A stretch of 64,000 nucleotides of DNA from Epithemia pelagica (lineage: Eukaryota; Protista; Bacillariophyta), in assembly GCA_946965045.2 (NCBI GenBank), contig OX337230.1, positions 2,852,001 to 2,916,000 on the forward strand, written 5' to 3'. The notes beneath the pieces are model-generated. The model made no database searches and was not told the origin of the DNA. It was given only the letters and a program-made list of their open reading frames with translations. Position numbers and translations under genes: made by a program. This document shows positions 21,501-32,970 of this stretch, piece by piece. Position 1 is the first letter of the stretch. Each line of letters opens with the position of its first letter.

Positions 21501-24265
21501 AAAGTAGGGGGCCTTGTCCGAGATAAGGAAGAAAAGAGGGTGGGTAATGCCGGGTGGGCGACCATTGAGGATCTCAAGAGGGATATGGCCCGAAATGGTC
21601 ACGACGTATGTTGTCCTCTGAACGGTCTGATAACGGTTCTCAGCCATGTTCTGATCTTGGAGGTATGATTTGGAACAGTACTCTCCAAGTATGGGTGTGA
21701 AGAAGGAAGGTGTATCCGGTCCATGATCGTAAGGTAAATCCAAGAGAAGGTTGAGGTCATCCTAGTGGAGTGGCCAGGAATGTGATCAAACATTGATCCC
21801 AGATTGTCGAGAAGATGGAATTGGTGTTGAAAGTGGAGAAGAAACTGATAGGTTGTGCCGTGCCATGAATCATCGAGACGAAGATTGGAGATGTAGTTGT
21901 TAAGACGTAGCACCTCTCTTTTTGCTAAACGAAATGACGAAATGCAACCTTGGTTCAGACGGAGCTTGGTGAAGTCTGCATTGATTCTCCAATGATCATA
22001 ATTGGCCTTGGTGAGGTTCAACCAGGTTGAGCGAGGTAAATCAGACTGCTGCAGGGTTGAGGTTTGTTCTCGTGACCAATGTGCTAGGATCTTCAGTTGA
22101 TGCCTTGTAAATGTCTTCAGATCCATCGTCTTGTTCCCATACTTGTATTGTCCAAGGTCCTTGATATTCTTTTCTGGATTGACTGCAAGATAGTCGATGA
22201 CATTCAGAATGTGTTCGAAACCACTATGTTTTATCCATTGATGAAGGGCTTGAGCTCGTTCTTCATCACAGTCAAATAGATGCTGGGTGATATGATTGAA
22301 CACTTGTGTATCTGATATGTCAGGCGGTACTGAGTCGTCAGAAGGAAGAGAAGGTGTCTTGGGGTATGTTGGATCCATGGTAGTATATGGTTGGTTCGTT
22401 GTTTATTTAATGTGTGGTGTGATCTGAACCCGGATGTACCACGTGTGTGCCACGTATGTAAGTACCCGGATGTGTGTTGTGCTTGGAACCCGGATGTGAG
22501 GATCTCAGTTTTGTCTCTGGTTTGTTGTGGAAACTACTTAAAGTTACTTATCCTTGGTCACTTCTGGACTCGTTGCGGTGATCGAGTTGAACCGGGGAGT
22601 CAGGAATAGTGGTAGCTTCCTCGTCTTGCTCGTAGTCCTCAACAAAGTACTGGTCAGGTGAGTATTGGGAAGGTAGTTGCACGGAGTCCTGGTCCAGCTT
22701 GAGGTCCTGGAATAGGAGAGGGTTGGTGACCCTAGCCTCAGCCAGGCTGGCCCTGTTGTTGGGTTGGGTAGTTTTGTCCTCTAACTCTTGTTTGTTGGGG
22801 TAGCTCAATCTGTAATGGGTGTAGATGGGTAAGTATGATCTCCAATGCGACTGCAGGGCAATGAGCGATGAGACTGTTAATCTAGTAGAACTCTCATTGA
22901 GAATTCAGAAGGGTAATAGGTAGTTGGGTAAAAGGCTCGCTGAGCCGACAATCGAATCACCAACCGACACAACAATCCTCCACGGGTCAGAGAAGAGTTG
23001 CAAGTCGAAGTCCGCCGTGGGTGGGGGCAGTCGGTCCACTGATAAGAGGTTAGTCTTAAGATGAGTGTTAAAATGGTGATATTAATGATTGTGAGATGAT
23101 TACTAACTAAGGTGTTTGATGAAGGTCGAGGTCCTGGCTCTTGTATACGGCCATGGATCTGGTGTGATAGGTCCTCAAATGGTTGGAGTAGACCTGCATT
23201 GTTGTATTGAAAGTATATGCAGTTGTATATCATATACCAATGCCAACAGCTCTTGCTTTGTTGTGATATAGGTAGTTTTCTTGGCGCGTTGTTGATTGCA
23301 TTCTTGGAATTGTGGGAATGGAAATATGGTCTCGCGTGATCGTGATTCGTGCTTTGATTACTTAGGTCGTTGAGGTAAGTCGTGGAGGTGCTCACTCGGA
23401 TCTTGATTGCGCGCGCTTGAGAATATTGGGCGCGCACGTGATGGGCCATAGTCAATATCCGAGCGGTCGCCGATAGCGCGTGCATTGCGAGCATGCCTTG
23501 GCCAAAATTAAAGGTCCGCGAGCATGCCGTCATTCTTTTCTCACTTTTACACAAATGTCATCGGATGCCATAAAATACTAGCATCAGTCGATGTGTTGTA
23601 GATTCCACCACCACCTAGTTAAAGGTGAGAATCCTAATAGTGGGGGATTTCGTGGGGGAGTTAGAATGTCACTGACCACAGAACTTACAAATTGTACGCG
23701 GAGTGTGGTCATTCCTTTGAGAATGAACCACACCCATTTTCGAAGTGTTTTCTCATCGACATGGAACACAGCAGCATGTTGGGCCTCTGTCCCATAGTTC
23801 TTTAGAAAATAAAGAGACCAAAATAGATGATTAAGGACACAGCCATTCAGCTGTTATCAGCGGTCATGCGCCTCCATTCCATTCTCTCATCACACACATC
23901 CAAAATATCGATCTCACACTACACCCAATATAGTATCTAGCCATAACTTGAGAAATAACAAAACTTGCACTACAATTTACATTTGTCCCTAGCAGTGTTC
24001 AACGGACTGCAAACTGGACCTATCCGAATGACCATGGGAACCTCCCTCCACGGAACGGCCGCCTCATTCGGACATTCTACGAACAACTCATCAAGCGGAA
24101 TGGAAAACCACCTCACAATGAGAGCTGTGTGATCCAATTCTGTAGCTCTAGCCATAGGATAGCAACTACAAGTGGATCCGTACCGTAGAACGAAATGAAA
24201 CGACGGTACGCGTTGTCCGGAGCTCCAGCAACCCGGCCCAGCATCTCCAAGCCATGAAAGAGCAT
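18502..24265 (-). CDS. Harbinger DDE (DDE_Tnp_4-type) transposase, spliced; exons about 24265-24113 (junction unresolved), 23850-23689 and 19053-18502
   Basis: VVDGTD, VVADGTY, RSRHEIVNGRFK (D-D-E intact); HLFWSLYFLKNYGTE...VDEKTLRKWVW; YRRFISFYGTDPLVVAILW; phase-0 GTAAG...CAG intron 23688-19054. Exon 1 could not be joined cleanly, so it may be a pseudogene. Confidence 0.8.
19094..19850 (-). repeat. 3' LTR (757 bp)
   Basis: Direct repeat of 22883-23639 (offset 3789); termini TA...TA. Confidence 0.93.
19845..21743 (-). pseudogene. Degenerate Copia pol remnant (post-integrase region plus N-terminal RT)
   Basis: NILVDWETGE..YEP, YAKKHDLL..GWK, YKFGYQV, IWGAKVGNA, KGLKSSG, KADPNVWM. No YVDD, no RNase H and no integrase core seen. 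Confidence 0.85.
21599..22378 (-). pseudogene. Degenerate CoDi-like gag remnant
   Basis: LRLDDSWHGTTYQFLLHFQHQF resembles the conserved diatom Copia gag block; lies upstream of pol. Confidence 0.6.
22883..23639 (-). repeat. 5' LTR (757 bp)
   Basis: Direct repeat of 19094-19850; one C/T difference seen (ccgacac vs ccgatac). Confidence 0.93.
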
Positions 24266-25032
24266 GTGAGGGGGGGGGGGGGGGGGGGGTGACAGGAAAG
24301 GCAACACCTTGCCATGGGTGGTTGGGGACTGGTGGCATTATTTGTTAGTTGGGTCGTTGCAGCAATCAACCTTCCTCACTGCAATGCTTTGTGCGACTCT
24401 CTCGGCATGCAAAAACATTCCAGATTCCAGGAAGGTGCCTCTGCCATGAATCGTGCAATGGCGACTGGTGAGGACATGTATGTGACAATGTGACTGCAAT
24501 GTGACACACTCAAAGTATCATATTGTTGTGTCTGTCGTTGTTTCTGAAACAGAATGATAAAGAATGTCCGATCAATGAGTTTCATTTAATGAAAATCTTT
24601 CACTCATTTAAATGTGATCTGGCAATCACATTGAAAGACAGTTCTGTTTCTGAAAAGACAAAAAGTGATTCTCGTAAAAGAAACGTCACCTCGTCATTCA
24701 CCTCGTCTGTAAGGTGACTTCTAGGGTGACCCTACCATAGTTCCACCGTACTAAAAAATGACGAGAAAATGACGCCCTATGTCCTTTCTTCGTCATTTTT
24801 TCTAAGGAGAGAATTGTAAATAACTTCTTCGCTATTTAGTGTACTTCTCGATGACACCTTGTTCAAATACGACTGGTCACAAGGTACGGGCACGTGCAGC
24901 GTTTCACCTTGCTTGCACGCAAGGCGTGCAGCATAGTTTTCTCCCTTTTTGCGGATCGACACCAATTCATTTTGCACCCATTCTCAACAAACACAAAAGA
25001 GGAAGATCGGAAACGACATTTGCTTTACGACC

Positions 25033-26445
25033 ATGGCACCCCGTCGAGCTCCTAATGCACAAACCCCTAGCTGTAAGTTTAGTAGCACAGGAAAGATTAC
25101 AAACTGGTCGAAGGAATGGGATGAGGCGAAGCAACTTGAGCTTCTTGTCTCGCAAGGCCTGATCCCGAAGGAGTGGACAGCTTCGCAAGTGATGCGAAAG
25201 TATCCGAACTTCGAGAAGTTCACCTGCAAGGCATTGGCCTCTGCTCTTGCCAACTGTCGAAAGAAGCACTTCAAAGAGGTGATGGATCGCTCCTCCCATG
25301 TCCCTGGAGTCGAATGTGAGTTTGATTGTTGCATTGTGGTTTTCCTTCCATCCTTGCTTCCTTCCTTGCTGTGAATTCTTCCCTCGTTGCTTCTCGACTA
25401 AATCAATCCCCTGTCTTACCTTTTCCTCTTTATATGGTTGCAGACCATGGGTTGATCCCAACAATCCCTGAAGAAGGGGATGATCGTGCCACCATTGCTG
25501 GCGGTATGACCATTGATGGTTTTTCAACCTTCAGTCTCGAGTCGTACTATGCGCGCATCAAATGCTACTTCTTCTCGCAGTGCCTCTAGCTCCTCTAGTG
25601 TGAAGGTTGTTTTTACTACGATGACGTCGACCACCCTTAGTGCGATGCAATATTTTATGGACATATGGAAGGACCCCCAGCTCCGCAAGCGCTGTAGCTT
25701 GCAGATGGTTTTGCCTTCGGGCAATAACCCCGTCATCCGAGTACGTGTTTCAGCATCTGGTTGGGAGCTCGTCATCACGCTTGTGATGAATACCTTCATG
25801 ACGTCGGCCGAGTTAGCCTTCAACTCCTACACGTTGAATAGAGACGTCGTCAAGAATGACATGAGTGGGAACACGGCGAAACTCGTTTCGGATATCATGA
25901 CCATGCATCCAAAGATCATTACCCGTTGCTCGATGCTCGAAAAGTTGAAGAAAGAGCGATCGGAGCATCTCATCGATGAGTTCCGCTTGAAGTTGCCCTT
26001 CCCCGTTGAGAACCGCTACGTGAATGAGAGTGAAGATCCTAACTTCAATGGGATCAACATCCACTGTTATCCCGATGGGTCCAAGCACATGCACGTCAAG
26101 CTACTTGGCCGTCAACAAGGATCCTACTCCTTGACCTCTGCTGATGACATGTCTGTCAAATCTACTGCCGAAATTCCGCTCTATCCTACTGCCTCTGTCC
26201 CAGGGTCAGTTTCAATCGGTCAGTTCCCTGCTTCTCCTTACAGATCGTCGTCACGCCGTCAGTCGGACAGCAATTCGACAATCTGTTCAAATCTGTCCAC
26301 GCTGTCAAACACTCCCGAGTCACGTCGTGCTCGTCGTGCATGCAAAACTCCACGCGGCCACGAGAACAGCGACAACAACGACAGAGCCGACCTCAACAAC
26401 GACGACGATGCAAACATGGTGGACAACTCGAACGAACAAACTTGA
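25033..26445 (+). CDS. Harbinger accessory (ORF2) protein, putative DNA-binding; join(25033..25315,25444..26445) with a probable 1-nt frameshift at T5 25520-25524
   Basis: Inside the TIRs, divergent from the transposase; GTGAG...CAG intron; helical N-terminal domain; C-terminal 310-aa ORF is in another frame. Confidence 0.65.
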
Positions 26446-26643
26446 TCTTATAGACTACGTCGTGCTGAGACTGATATTGGTTGAGCTTCTTTACAAGTTC
26501 CCAATATTACTAACCTATCTCTATTAGCTTTATTCGATGAATCATAGTACTTCGAACATCTCTAGACTAGGTAAATTTCTATGACGTGGCCAAAGATCTA
26601 GGTTGAGGTGAAAGGTGACCTTTCCCGTACCTTCCAGGGAAGA

Positions 26644-26690
26644 ACTATCCTTGTGTCATTTTTTCCGTTTTGTCTTGTATGACGGGTGCT
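26644..26690 (+). repeat. Third, partial (47 bp) copy of the 2OG-oxygenase intron beside the right TIR
   Basis: actatccttgtg..cattt..ccgttttgtcttgtatgacgggtgct matches about 17313-17357. Confidence 0.85.
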
Positions 26691-27018
26691 ACCCAGACGA
26701 CCTGACACCTGACTAAGCGTTGATGTAGTAGTAGCAAGTTAGGTTAGCATAGCTCCTTCTACTTTTACTCCCGCCGACATAGAGGGATAGATTGAGGGGC
26801 GTGACGAGGAGGGCTTATATAGGACGACGTGGGATCTCGAGCAAAATTCGGAAGCTCATAATGTAGGCTTATCAACCTGCGCCCCACCACACCATATGGG
26901 GGCAATAATACTCAATGCACGACAGCACAGTCGTCCGAGCGCCATCATTCTTGGTTTTAAAACATCACTATTCCATCATGCCATAACTCGTGTATCATGT
27001 ATCCTATGATCATTCATC

Positions 27019-27915
27019 ATGTTGTTGATTGGTCTCTCCTCAAACTTGAGTTCTTATTCATTGCTTCTAGTTTTGCTTGGTGTTGGAGTGACGCTTGCTG
27101 TTTTGCGTCCTTGGAGTTCGAATACGACGTTGGAATCTACGCCAGTTTCAGCCCAAGCAGACTCTCCAGTGTTGCCGTCCTCGAAGCCGAGCTCGCTGCT
27201 AGTGCCAGCTGAATTTCCCGGTGGGATTATCACAACATCTGCTCCATCAGAGCTCAAAGTGGTTGTTGGTGGCAAGAAGCCATCCCTTCGGCCCACATTC
27301 CAGGCCCCAAATCCTGATACCTCGTCCTCAGAAACGGAACCCGTGACTGAGTCTCCCAAAGAGACTCCCTCAACCTATCCCTCAACTGAACCTTCGACAC
27401 AGAAGACGTTAGATCCCACGTTGCCTCCTGTTTCCATTCCTTCTGCACAGCCTTCCATGAACCCCACATCGACTCAACCCGTCCAGCCCTCTGTGCAGCC
27501 CTCCCGCAGAACCACAATTCAGCCAACACTTTCACCAAATGCCCCCACTGGAGGATGCTGCGAATCCCCTTCTGATTTCGATTTTGCGGGGAATCCATAC
27601 GGAACCTTCTCGGGCAATATGTTGGCCCTTCCCAGCTTTAGTTCCGTTACCATTGTGATTGACTATACGGCGAGCGGCCTGGTAGCTGATTATCCAGCTT
27701 TGTCCTGTGGCCATCAAACCACAATCGTCCCGACAGCAGTCAACACAGGACGGATCCAATGGATTGAACAGATTGAATACGGCAATGAATTCTGCGCATC
27801 TGGTACTTCGTACGATATGGAAATGGTATCCGGAGTGTGGCAGTTGGCAGGATTCTTAACGAATGGAAGAACGAGGGCAGCTTTATCAATTGCATTTCAG
27901 TGCAACCTTTGTTGA
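27019..27915 (+). CDS. Secreted or membrane-anchored protein with Pro/Thr/Ser linker and Cys-containing C-terminal domain
   Basis: Hydrophobic N-terminus; PSTYPSTEPST/PSAQPSMNPT repeats; 298-aa ORF. Confidence 0.7.
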   Translation: MLLIGLSSNLSSYSLLLVLLGVGVTLAVLRPWSSNTTLESTPVSAQADSPVLPSSKPSSLLVPAEFPGGIITTSAPSELKVVVGGKKPSLRPTFQAPNPDTSSSETEPVTESPKETPSTYPSTEPSTQKTLDPTLPPVSIPSAQPSMNPTSTQPVQPSVQPSRRTTIQPTLSPNAPTGGCCESPSDFDFAGNPYGTFSGNMLALPSFSSVTIVIDYTASGLVADYPALSCGHQTTIVPTAVNTGRIQWIEQIEYGNEFCASGTSYDMEMVSGVWQLAGFLTNGRTRAALSIAFQCNLC

Positions 27916-28491
27916 TTGTTACGAATGCACTCTGAAGTTGTATGATTTCTCGTGATCTTGGATCATGCGGTTTGTGCATTTTGGACCTCGAGAAACTATG
28001 AGAATGAGGAGTTCTTTCATTCACCCCCCACATGATGCACAGAGTTTGAGACGCCTTCTCACTCGCCCTGCGGTCACATTCAGTTGTTTATGGATACGCG
28101 TCTGCGCGACACATCAGTTCTCGCCCAACCTCGATAGTCATCTTCCTAAAGGACTTGTTGTCCTCCAGAAATGACGAGTCGACGTAGCCATTGATGGGAT
28201 ACCAAAACATGTACCATCTGCACTCGTCATACAAGTGATCACTATGTACACCCAAAGGCAAACATGGAGCATCTACTGTGGAAGGACTGGGATAACGTCC
28301 AAGGTTTTTCTACCACATGGCTCTCGGTCCTCCAACAGTTGAACCAACGTGTTGAGAGAAGAGTCTTTTTCTAGAATAGGAGTAACGCACAAAAGAACGT
28401 CCTGTAGTATCGACCTCAGTCAGACCCATTTCATATTCTTCTAGGTAGTATAATCACTTATATGCTCCATGACATGCGCCCGAAAGATAGT

Positions 28492-30032
28492 TTAGCTACT
28501 TTCATGGGGTGGTCCCTGTGGATCCTTGTACTTCATGCTGGTTGGATCAAATCCGGGCATGGGGAAGGAGGTGGCAAAGTCATGAACTCGTTTCTGAAGG
28601 GCTTGGATTTCGGGGTTGTTTTCCAAGAGGGGCAGAAAGTCCTTGAGTTTGGGACCCGATTGTTCTTGCAACTTTTGGGCAATGCCAACGGCTTCGTGCA
28701 AGAATTGCGCAATTTGTTCAAAGTCAGTCTCCACCATTTGGCGCGTCGTCAAGGCGGGTGCTCCAATTCGGACACCTCCTGGTGTGACAGCCGATCGGTC
28801 TCCCGGCACGCAGTTTTTGTTGAGCGTAATGGAAATGGCATCGCACACCTTTTCAAATTTGGATCCGGTCAAATTGACGGGTTTCAAATCCCACAAGACC
28901 AAATGATTTTCCGTTCCACCGGACGCCATCTTGTAGCCCAAACTGCTGAGTTTGGCACCCAAGGCGGCCGCATTCTTCTTGACTTGTTGCGCATAGACTT
29001 TGAATTCGTCCGTACAAACTTCCTTGAGTTGGGTGGCAACACCGGCAATTTGGTGCACGTGCGGTCCACCTTGAAGGGCGGGGAAGACGGCTTGGTTGAT
29101 GCGACTTTCAAAGTCCCGATCGTCCTTGCGGAAGAAAATCATTCCCGCTCGAGGTCCTCGCAGGGACTTGTGCGTCGTGGTCGTCACAACGTCGCAAAAC
29201 TCAAACGGCGAGGCTTGTTCGCCCGTGGCGACCAATCCGGAAATATGGGCCATGTCCATCATGAGCAGAGCACCATTGGCATTGGCAATATCCCGAAATC
29301 GCTGGTAATCGTAATCGCGCGGGTAGGCCGATCCTCCAGCAATAATCATGGCGGGTTTGAACAAGCTAGCGTCGCGTTCCAATTGTTCGTAGTCAATGTA
29401 TCCCGTTTCGGGGTGGACGCGGTAGGGAAGACTTTCAAAGTAGACGGACGTGGCCGAGACTGCCTTGCGAGTACCTTCCTTTTTGGAATACGTGTAAAAT
29501 CCATGCGTCAAGTGTCCGCCCGAAGGCAAATCCAAACCCATGATACGGTCATGAGGACGCAAGAGGGCCGTGTAGACGGCAAAGTTGGCAGGCGATCCCG
29601 AGTATGGTTGGACATTGACGCCCCACTCGGACGGATTCAATCCATAGGCCGCCAAGGCTCGTTGTTGACACAATTCTTCCACTTGGTCCACCACCTCATT
29701 ACCGCCGTAATACCGAGCATGAGGTAATCCTTCCGCGTACTTGTTGGTCAAGGCGGAACCCAAACAGTCCATGACGGCGCGACTCGTAAAGTTTTCCGAG
29801 GCAATCAATTCCAACGACCGCCATTGACGAGACTTTTCTTGTTCAATCAAATCAAACAATTCCGGATCATGGTCTTCCAGACTGTCCAAACCGCGAAAGG
29901 GCTACACCATGTCACAGCAGACCGAAACATACACCAACAGACCGAAACATACGTCATGAGAACAACAGTCGACCATACGACATTCGTCGTTCTTCCAATT
30001 CCAACACTTACAAGATCTTTGTAGGACGACAT
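28492..30032 (-). CDS. SHMT: Serine hydroxymethyltransferase, cytosolic type; join(30032..30012,29901..28492)
   Basis: [39 protein letters not shown] (PLP Lys), LQGGPH; phase-0 GTAAG...TAG intron gives MSSYKDL-PFRGLDS; no transit peptide. Confidence 0.97.
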
Positions 30033-30761
30033 GGTTGTAACGTTTGGTTAAAGGGTAGACAAGTGGGAAGACGGCGGGAATCGACGAGTGGTGAAGATTT
30101 TTCACGATAGTGAGAATGAGGACGATGTAAACGAGAGACCTTCTGCCAAAGATTTGACGAAGCTCCCACCCAAATCGATCCAACAAGAGACGACGGATGA
30201 GATGGTTCGTCAAGATGGGCGGCGGCGAATGAACCATGATGAAACGAGAGAGCGAGAAAAGGGGGAAGCACGTTGCACGTGCGTGATTGAGTACGTGTGT
30301 CTGTGTCTGCGCGTTCCATGTGGTTGTCCGTTGTCCCCCAAGCACGTTCGTTCGTCGGGCGTCGCCACGTGTAATGGAAAGGCGATCTGAAAGCGACCTA
30401 TGGAAGATATCCGCGATATTCACGCGACTTGATATGGGACCTTTTTGTGCGACCATTTTGCGGGAATGGATTAGGTGACTATGAACTTCGGCGCCTCTAT
30501 CTCTATTGCGATGTATTCCTATGCGGTGCAACTTTTCGATGCGCTCATTGCATGCTTTTTTCGTTTGGGTCCACTCGCCACTCGCTGCAAAACAACCACA
30601 ACAAGTACGCAACGAATTAGTTTTCTGGAAGGGATTGTGAAACAACATTACCCTGAAATTCTCTCCAGAACGCGTACTGGAAAATTCGTTCGCGTTTGCT
30701 TCAGCTCTGGATTGTTCATTGCGCCATCACCCACTCTTGCGATCCGAGCTGTGGTCGAACC

Positions 30762-32357
30762 ATGAGCCCCAGTGTCACGTCCAACCTTGCACGAAAACGT
30801 CAAAGAAGCACAACCACCCCCAAAACAACAACAAGGACTGGTTTACTACAAGTCGTCGTCATGGCCTTGTTGTCATTTTCCGCAACCACACGAGCCTTTG
30901 TGGTCGTCCGGAGACCTCGTGGGTTCTTTTCCAACCACCTCCTCTGTGAATCTTCTCGTAGTGCGCTTGGGACGACCACAATTGGTACCAAGGCCTCTAT
31001 TGGACGAACGACGGTACCTTGTTCCAGAGTCACATCCTTTGTGAGACGATTCGCAACGACGAGCACTGGCAACACGGACGGTTCTACCGTCCAAGGAACA
31101 AACTCCAAAGCATTGTCCCCGCAAGATTTGGAGTATATGCAATTGGCGGTAGACCATGCCCAACGAGCCAAGGGATGGACCTTTCCCAATCCTGCCGTGG
31201 GATGTGTCTTGGTTCAAGAAACCGCATCGGAATCGGTGATTCTCGGACAAGGCTTTCATCCTCGGGCCGGATATCCGCATGCCGAAATTTTTGCCTTGTT
31301 GGAAGCAGGCGGTCATGTCAAGGACGGTGTGGAGGCAGCACAAGCTGTGTTGGAAAGTACCAATGCCAAGTACAACCACAAACGCAAGCCTTCCAAAGAA
31401 GGAGGCAACGACAAGGCTACCAACACGGCCTTGACGGAACGTGTCCAGGACTTGTTGCATCAATACAGTCTCGATGCCAACCAATTGTTTGGTAATTTGT
31501 TTGCCAAGGAGGAGAAGGAGGAGGAAGCAACGTCGGATTCTTCGGTCGTGACCGCCTATGTCACGTTGGAACCGTGCTGTCATTACGGTCGTACACCGCC
31601 CTGTGCCACTACCTTTGCCTTGGCCAAGGTACAACGGGTCGTGATTGGAGTTCGTGATCCCAATCCACGTGTGGATGGGGGCGGTGTCCAACTCTTGCAA
31701 GAAGCCGGTGTCGATGTGACCATTCTGTCTACCACGCAGTACGAAGACGAGGAATCAGCATCATCCCCAGAGGAAGAACCACCAAACGAGACCATGGTGA
31801 CTACGGCATGTCGCGATTTGGTCCAGGACTTTTGTCAACGCATTGTACCCAACCCCCTGTTTGACTATCACAAGTACATGACGGGACGTCATCGCATGGC
31901 TCTTCGAGCTGCAGCCAATCAAATGACAGCCAATGGTACCCTGTCGGTCGTGGAATGGACAGGTCCTTCCCTCTTGCAACTGCTCGAAAAGAACAAGAAG
32001 GACGACAAGCACTCGGACAGCCAAGATGCATCGAACGAGGAACCTTCCGACGTGTGGTCCACCTTGTTGCCCGACGACGACGACGCCACAATGATTCAAG
32101 TGGTTCAACAAGACTGTTTGTCCCAAATGCCCGAGTGGATGGAATTCTTGGATGGACAGTTGTGGCAAAACGAACTTGTCAAGGTCCGATTGTCCAAGGC
32201 GGCTCCCAAAAAGCGCGTCGTGAAACAATTGGGAACGGCCTTGGCCCATGTCTTGCAAGCCCATGTCGCTCAAACACAGGGTCATACCCTTGTCTTGTAT
32301 CGACCGGCCAATCCCCCCAAACTCGATTTGGAACACTTGCTCCAAACATACAAGTAA
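30762..32357 (+). CDS. ribD: Plastid-targeted riboflavin-pathway pyrimidine deaminase (RibD deaminase/PyrD) fused to a C-terminal CRM (CRS1/YhbY-like) domain
   Basis: NPAVGCVLV, HAE, TLEPCCHYGRTPPC, DPNPRV; signal peptide plus RAF motif; C-terminal HRMALRAAA...L..NELVKVR...VAQTQGHTLVLYRP; no reductase domain. Confidence 0.85.
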   Translation: MSPSVTSNLARKRQRSTTTPKTTTRTGLLQVVVMALLSFSATTRAFVVVRRPRGFFSNHLLCESSRSALGTTTIGTKASIGRTTVPCSRVTSFVRRFATTSTGNTDGSTVQGTNSKALSPQDLEYMQLAVDHAQRAKGWTFPNPAVGCVLVQETASESVILGQGFHPRAGYPHAEIFALLEAGGHVKDGVEAAQAVLESTNAKYNHKRKPSKEGGNDKATNTALTERVQDLLHQYSLDANQLFGNLFAKEEKEEEATSDSSVVTAYVTLEPCCHYGRTPPCATTFALAKVQRVVIGVRDPNPRVDGGGVQLLQEAGVDVTILSTTQYEDEESASSPEEEPPNETMVTTACRDLVQDFCQRIVPNPLFDYHKYMTGRHRMALRAAANQMTANGTLSVVEWTGPSLLQLLEKNKKDDKHSDSQDASNEEPSDVWSTLLPDDDDATMIQVVQQDCLSQMPEWMEFLDGQLWQNELVKVRLSKAAPKKRVVKQLGTALAHVLQAHVAQTQGHTLVLYRPANPPKLDLEHLLQTYK

Positions 32358-32970
32358 GGCACTCCCACCGAATAGATAAAGTCTGCACAGGAGGACCATA
32401 ACTGGTCACTCCCATTTCGTTTCTGCCGAGTTCTGCTATTTGATTCGGTGCGCTTGAAATGGGAAAACCATGACTAGTGTGTAGGAGCGCGTTGTCTTGG
32501 CGCTGTTTGTGGTCGCCGGTTCATTGTGGAGTGATCTTTTGTCGTTGTGACAAGTCTCTCAACTCTCAATACACTTACTGTGGTCGACACAAGAAGTAGG
32601 AAAATTGATCGATTGGGAAGCTTTGTAGGAGGGTTGGAGTATGGTGCATCACATTGTAGTAAGCTGTTGTACTCCAAGCGAGTGGCCGATTGGCAAGTTG
32701 TCACGTTCTGTGGCAGGTCGCTAGATTCTGCGATTTTCAGTCAGTGTTGCAGTTCCGTTCCGTCTACACTGCAATTCTTCGCTGATCGAGTTGCTAGGTA
32801 ACAAGTCTATATCCGGAATGACGCAACCGACACTTCTACTTCAATGGGAACAAGGCAGGATACGCATATTTGCTACGATTACTAGTAGAGTACGGGTTGT
32901 TTTAGGCAGACGTATGTGTGTTTGCGGACAAAAAGTTTTCGTCAACGAGTGGGAGGAACCATGCTCTCAT

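Larger units (their letters stand above)
19094..23639 (-). mobile_element. Non-autonomous, internally deleted Ty1/Copia (CoDi-like) LTR retrotransposon
   Basis: Two 757-bp LTRs with 1 mismatch seen; 5-bp TSD GTGGG (19089-93 / 23640-44); PPT-like GTGGGGAG next to the 3' LTR (19851-58); degenerate gag and pol. Confidence 0.9.
17379..26634. mobile_element. PIF/Harbinger DNA transposon (about 4.7 kb without the nested LTR element)
   Basis: Perfect 12-bp TIRs GAAGGTACGGGA (17379-17390) / TCCCGTACCTTC (26623-26634); CAG on both flanks (3-bp TSD); palindromic subterminal motif AAGGT(C/G)ACCTT at 17438 and 26612; divergent DDE transposase and second ORF. Confidence 0.88.

Noticed and set aside
22860-22882. 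Primer-binding site of the LTR element
   Set aside because: No recognisable complement to a tRNA 3' end next to the 5' LTR.
28462-29727. 421-aa plus-strand ORF antisense to SHMT
   Set aside because: Shadow frame fully overlapping a highly conserved gene; no motifs; explained by codon bias.
29902-30762. SHMT and ribD as a cofactor-metabolism gene pair on a bidirectional promoter
   Set aside because: Head-to-head layout is common in compact algal genomes; the products are in different compartments and pathways, and no shared element was identified.
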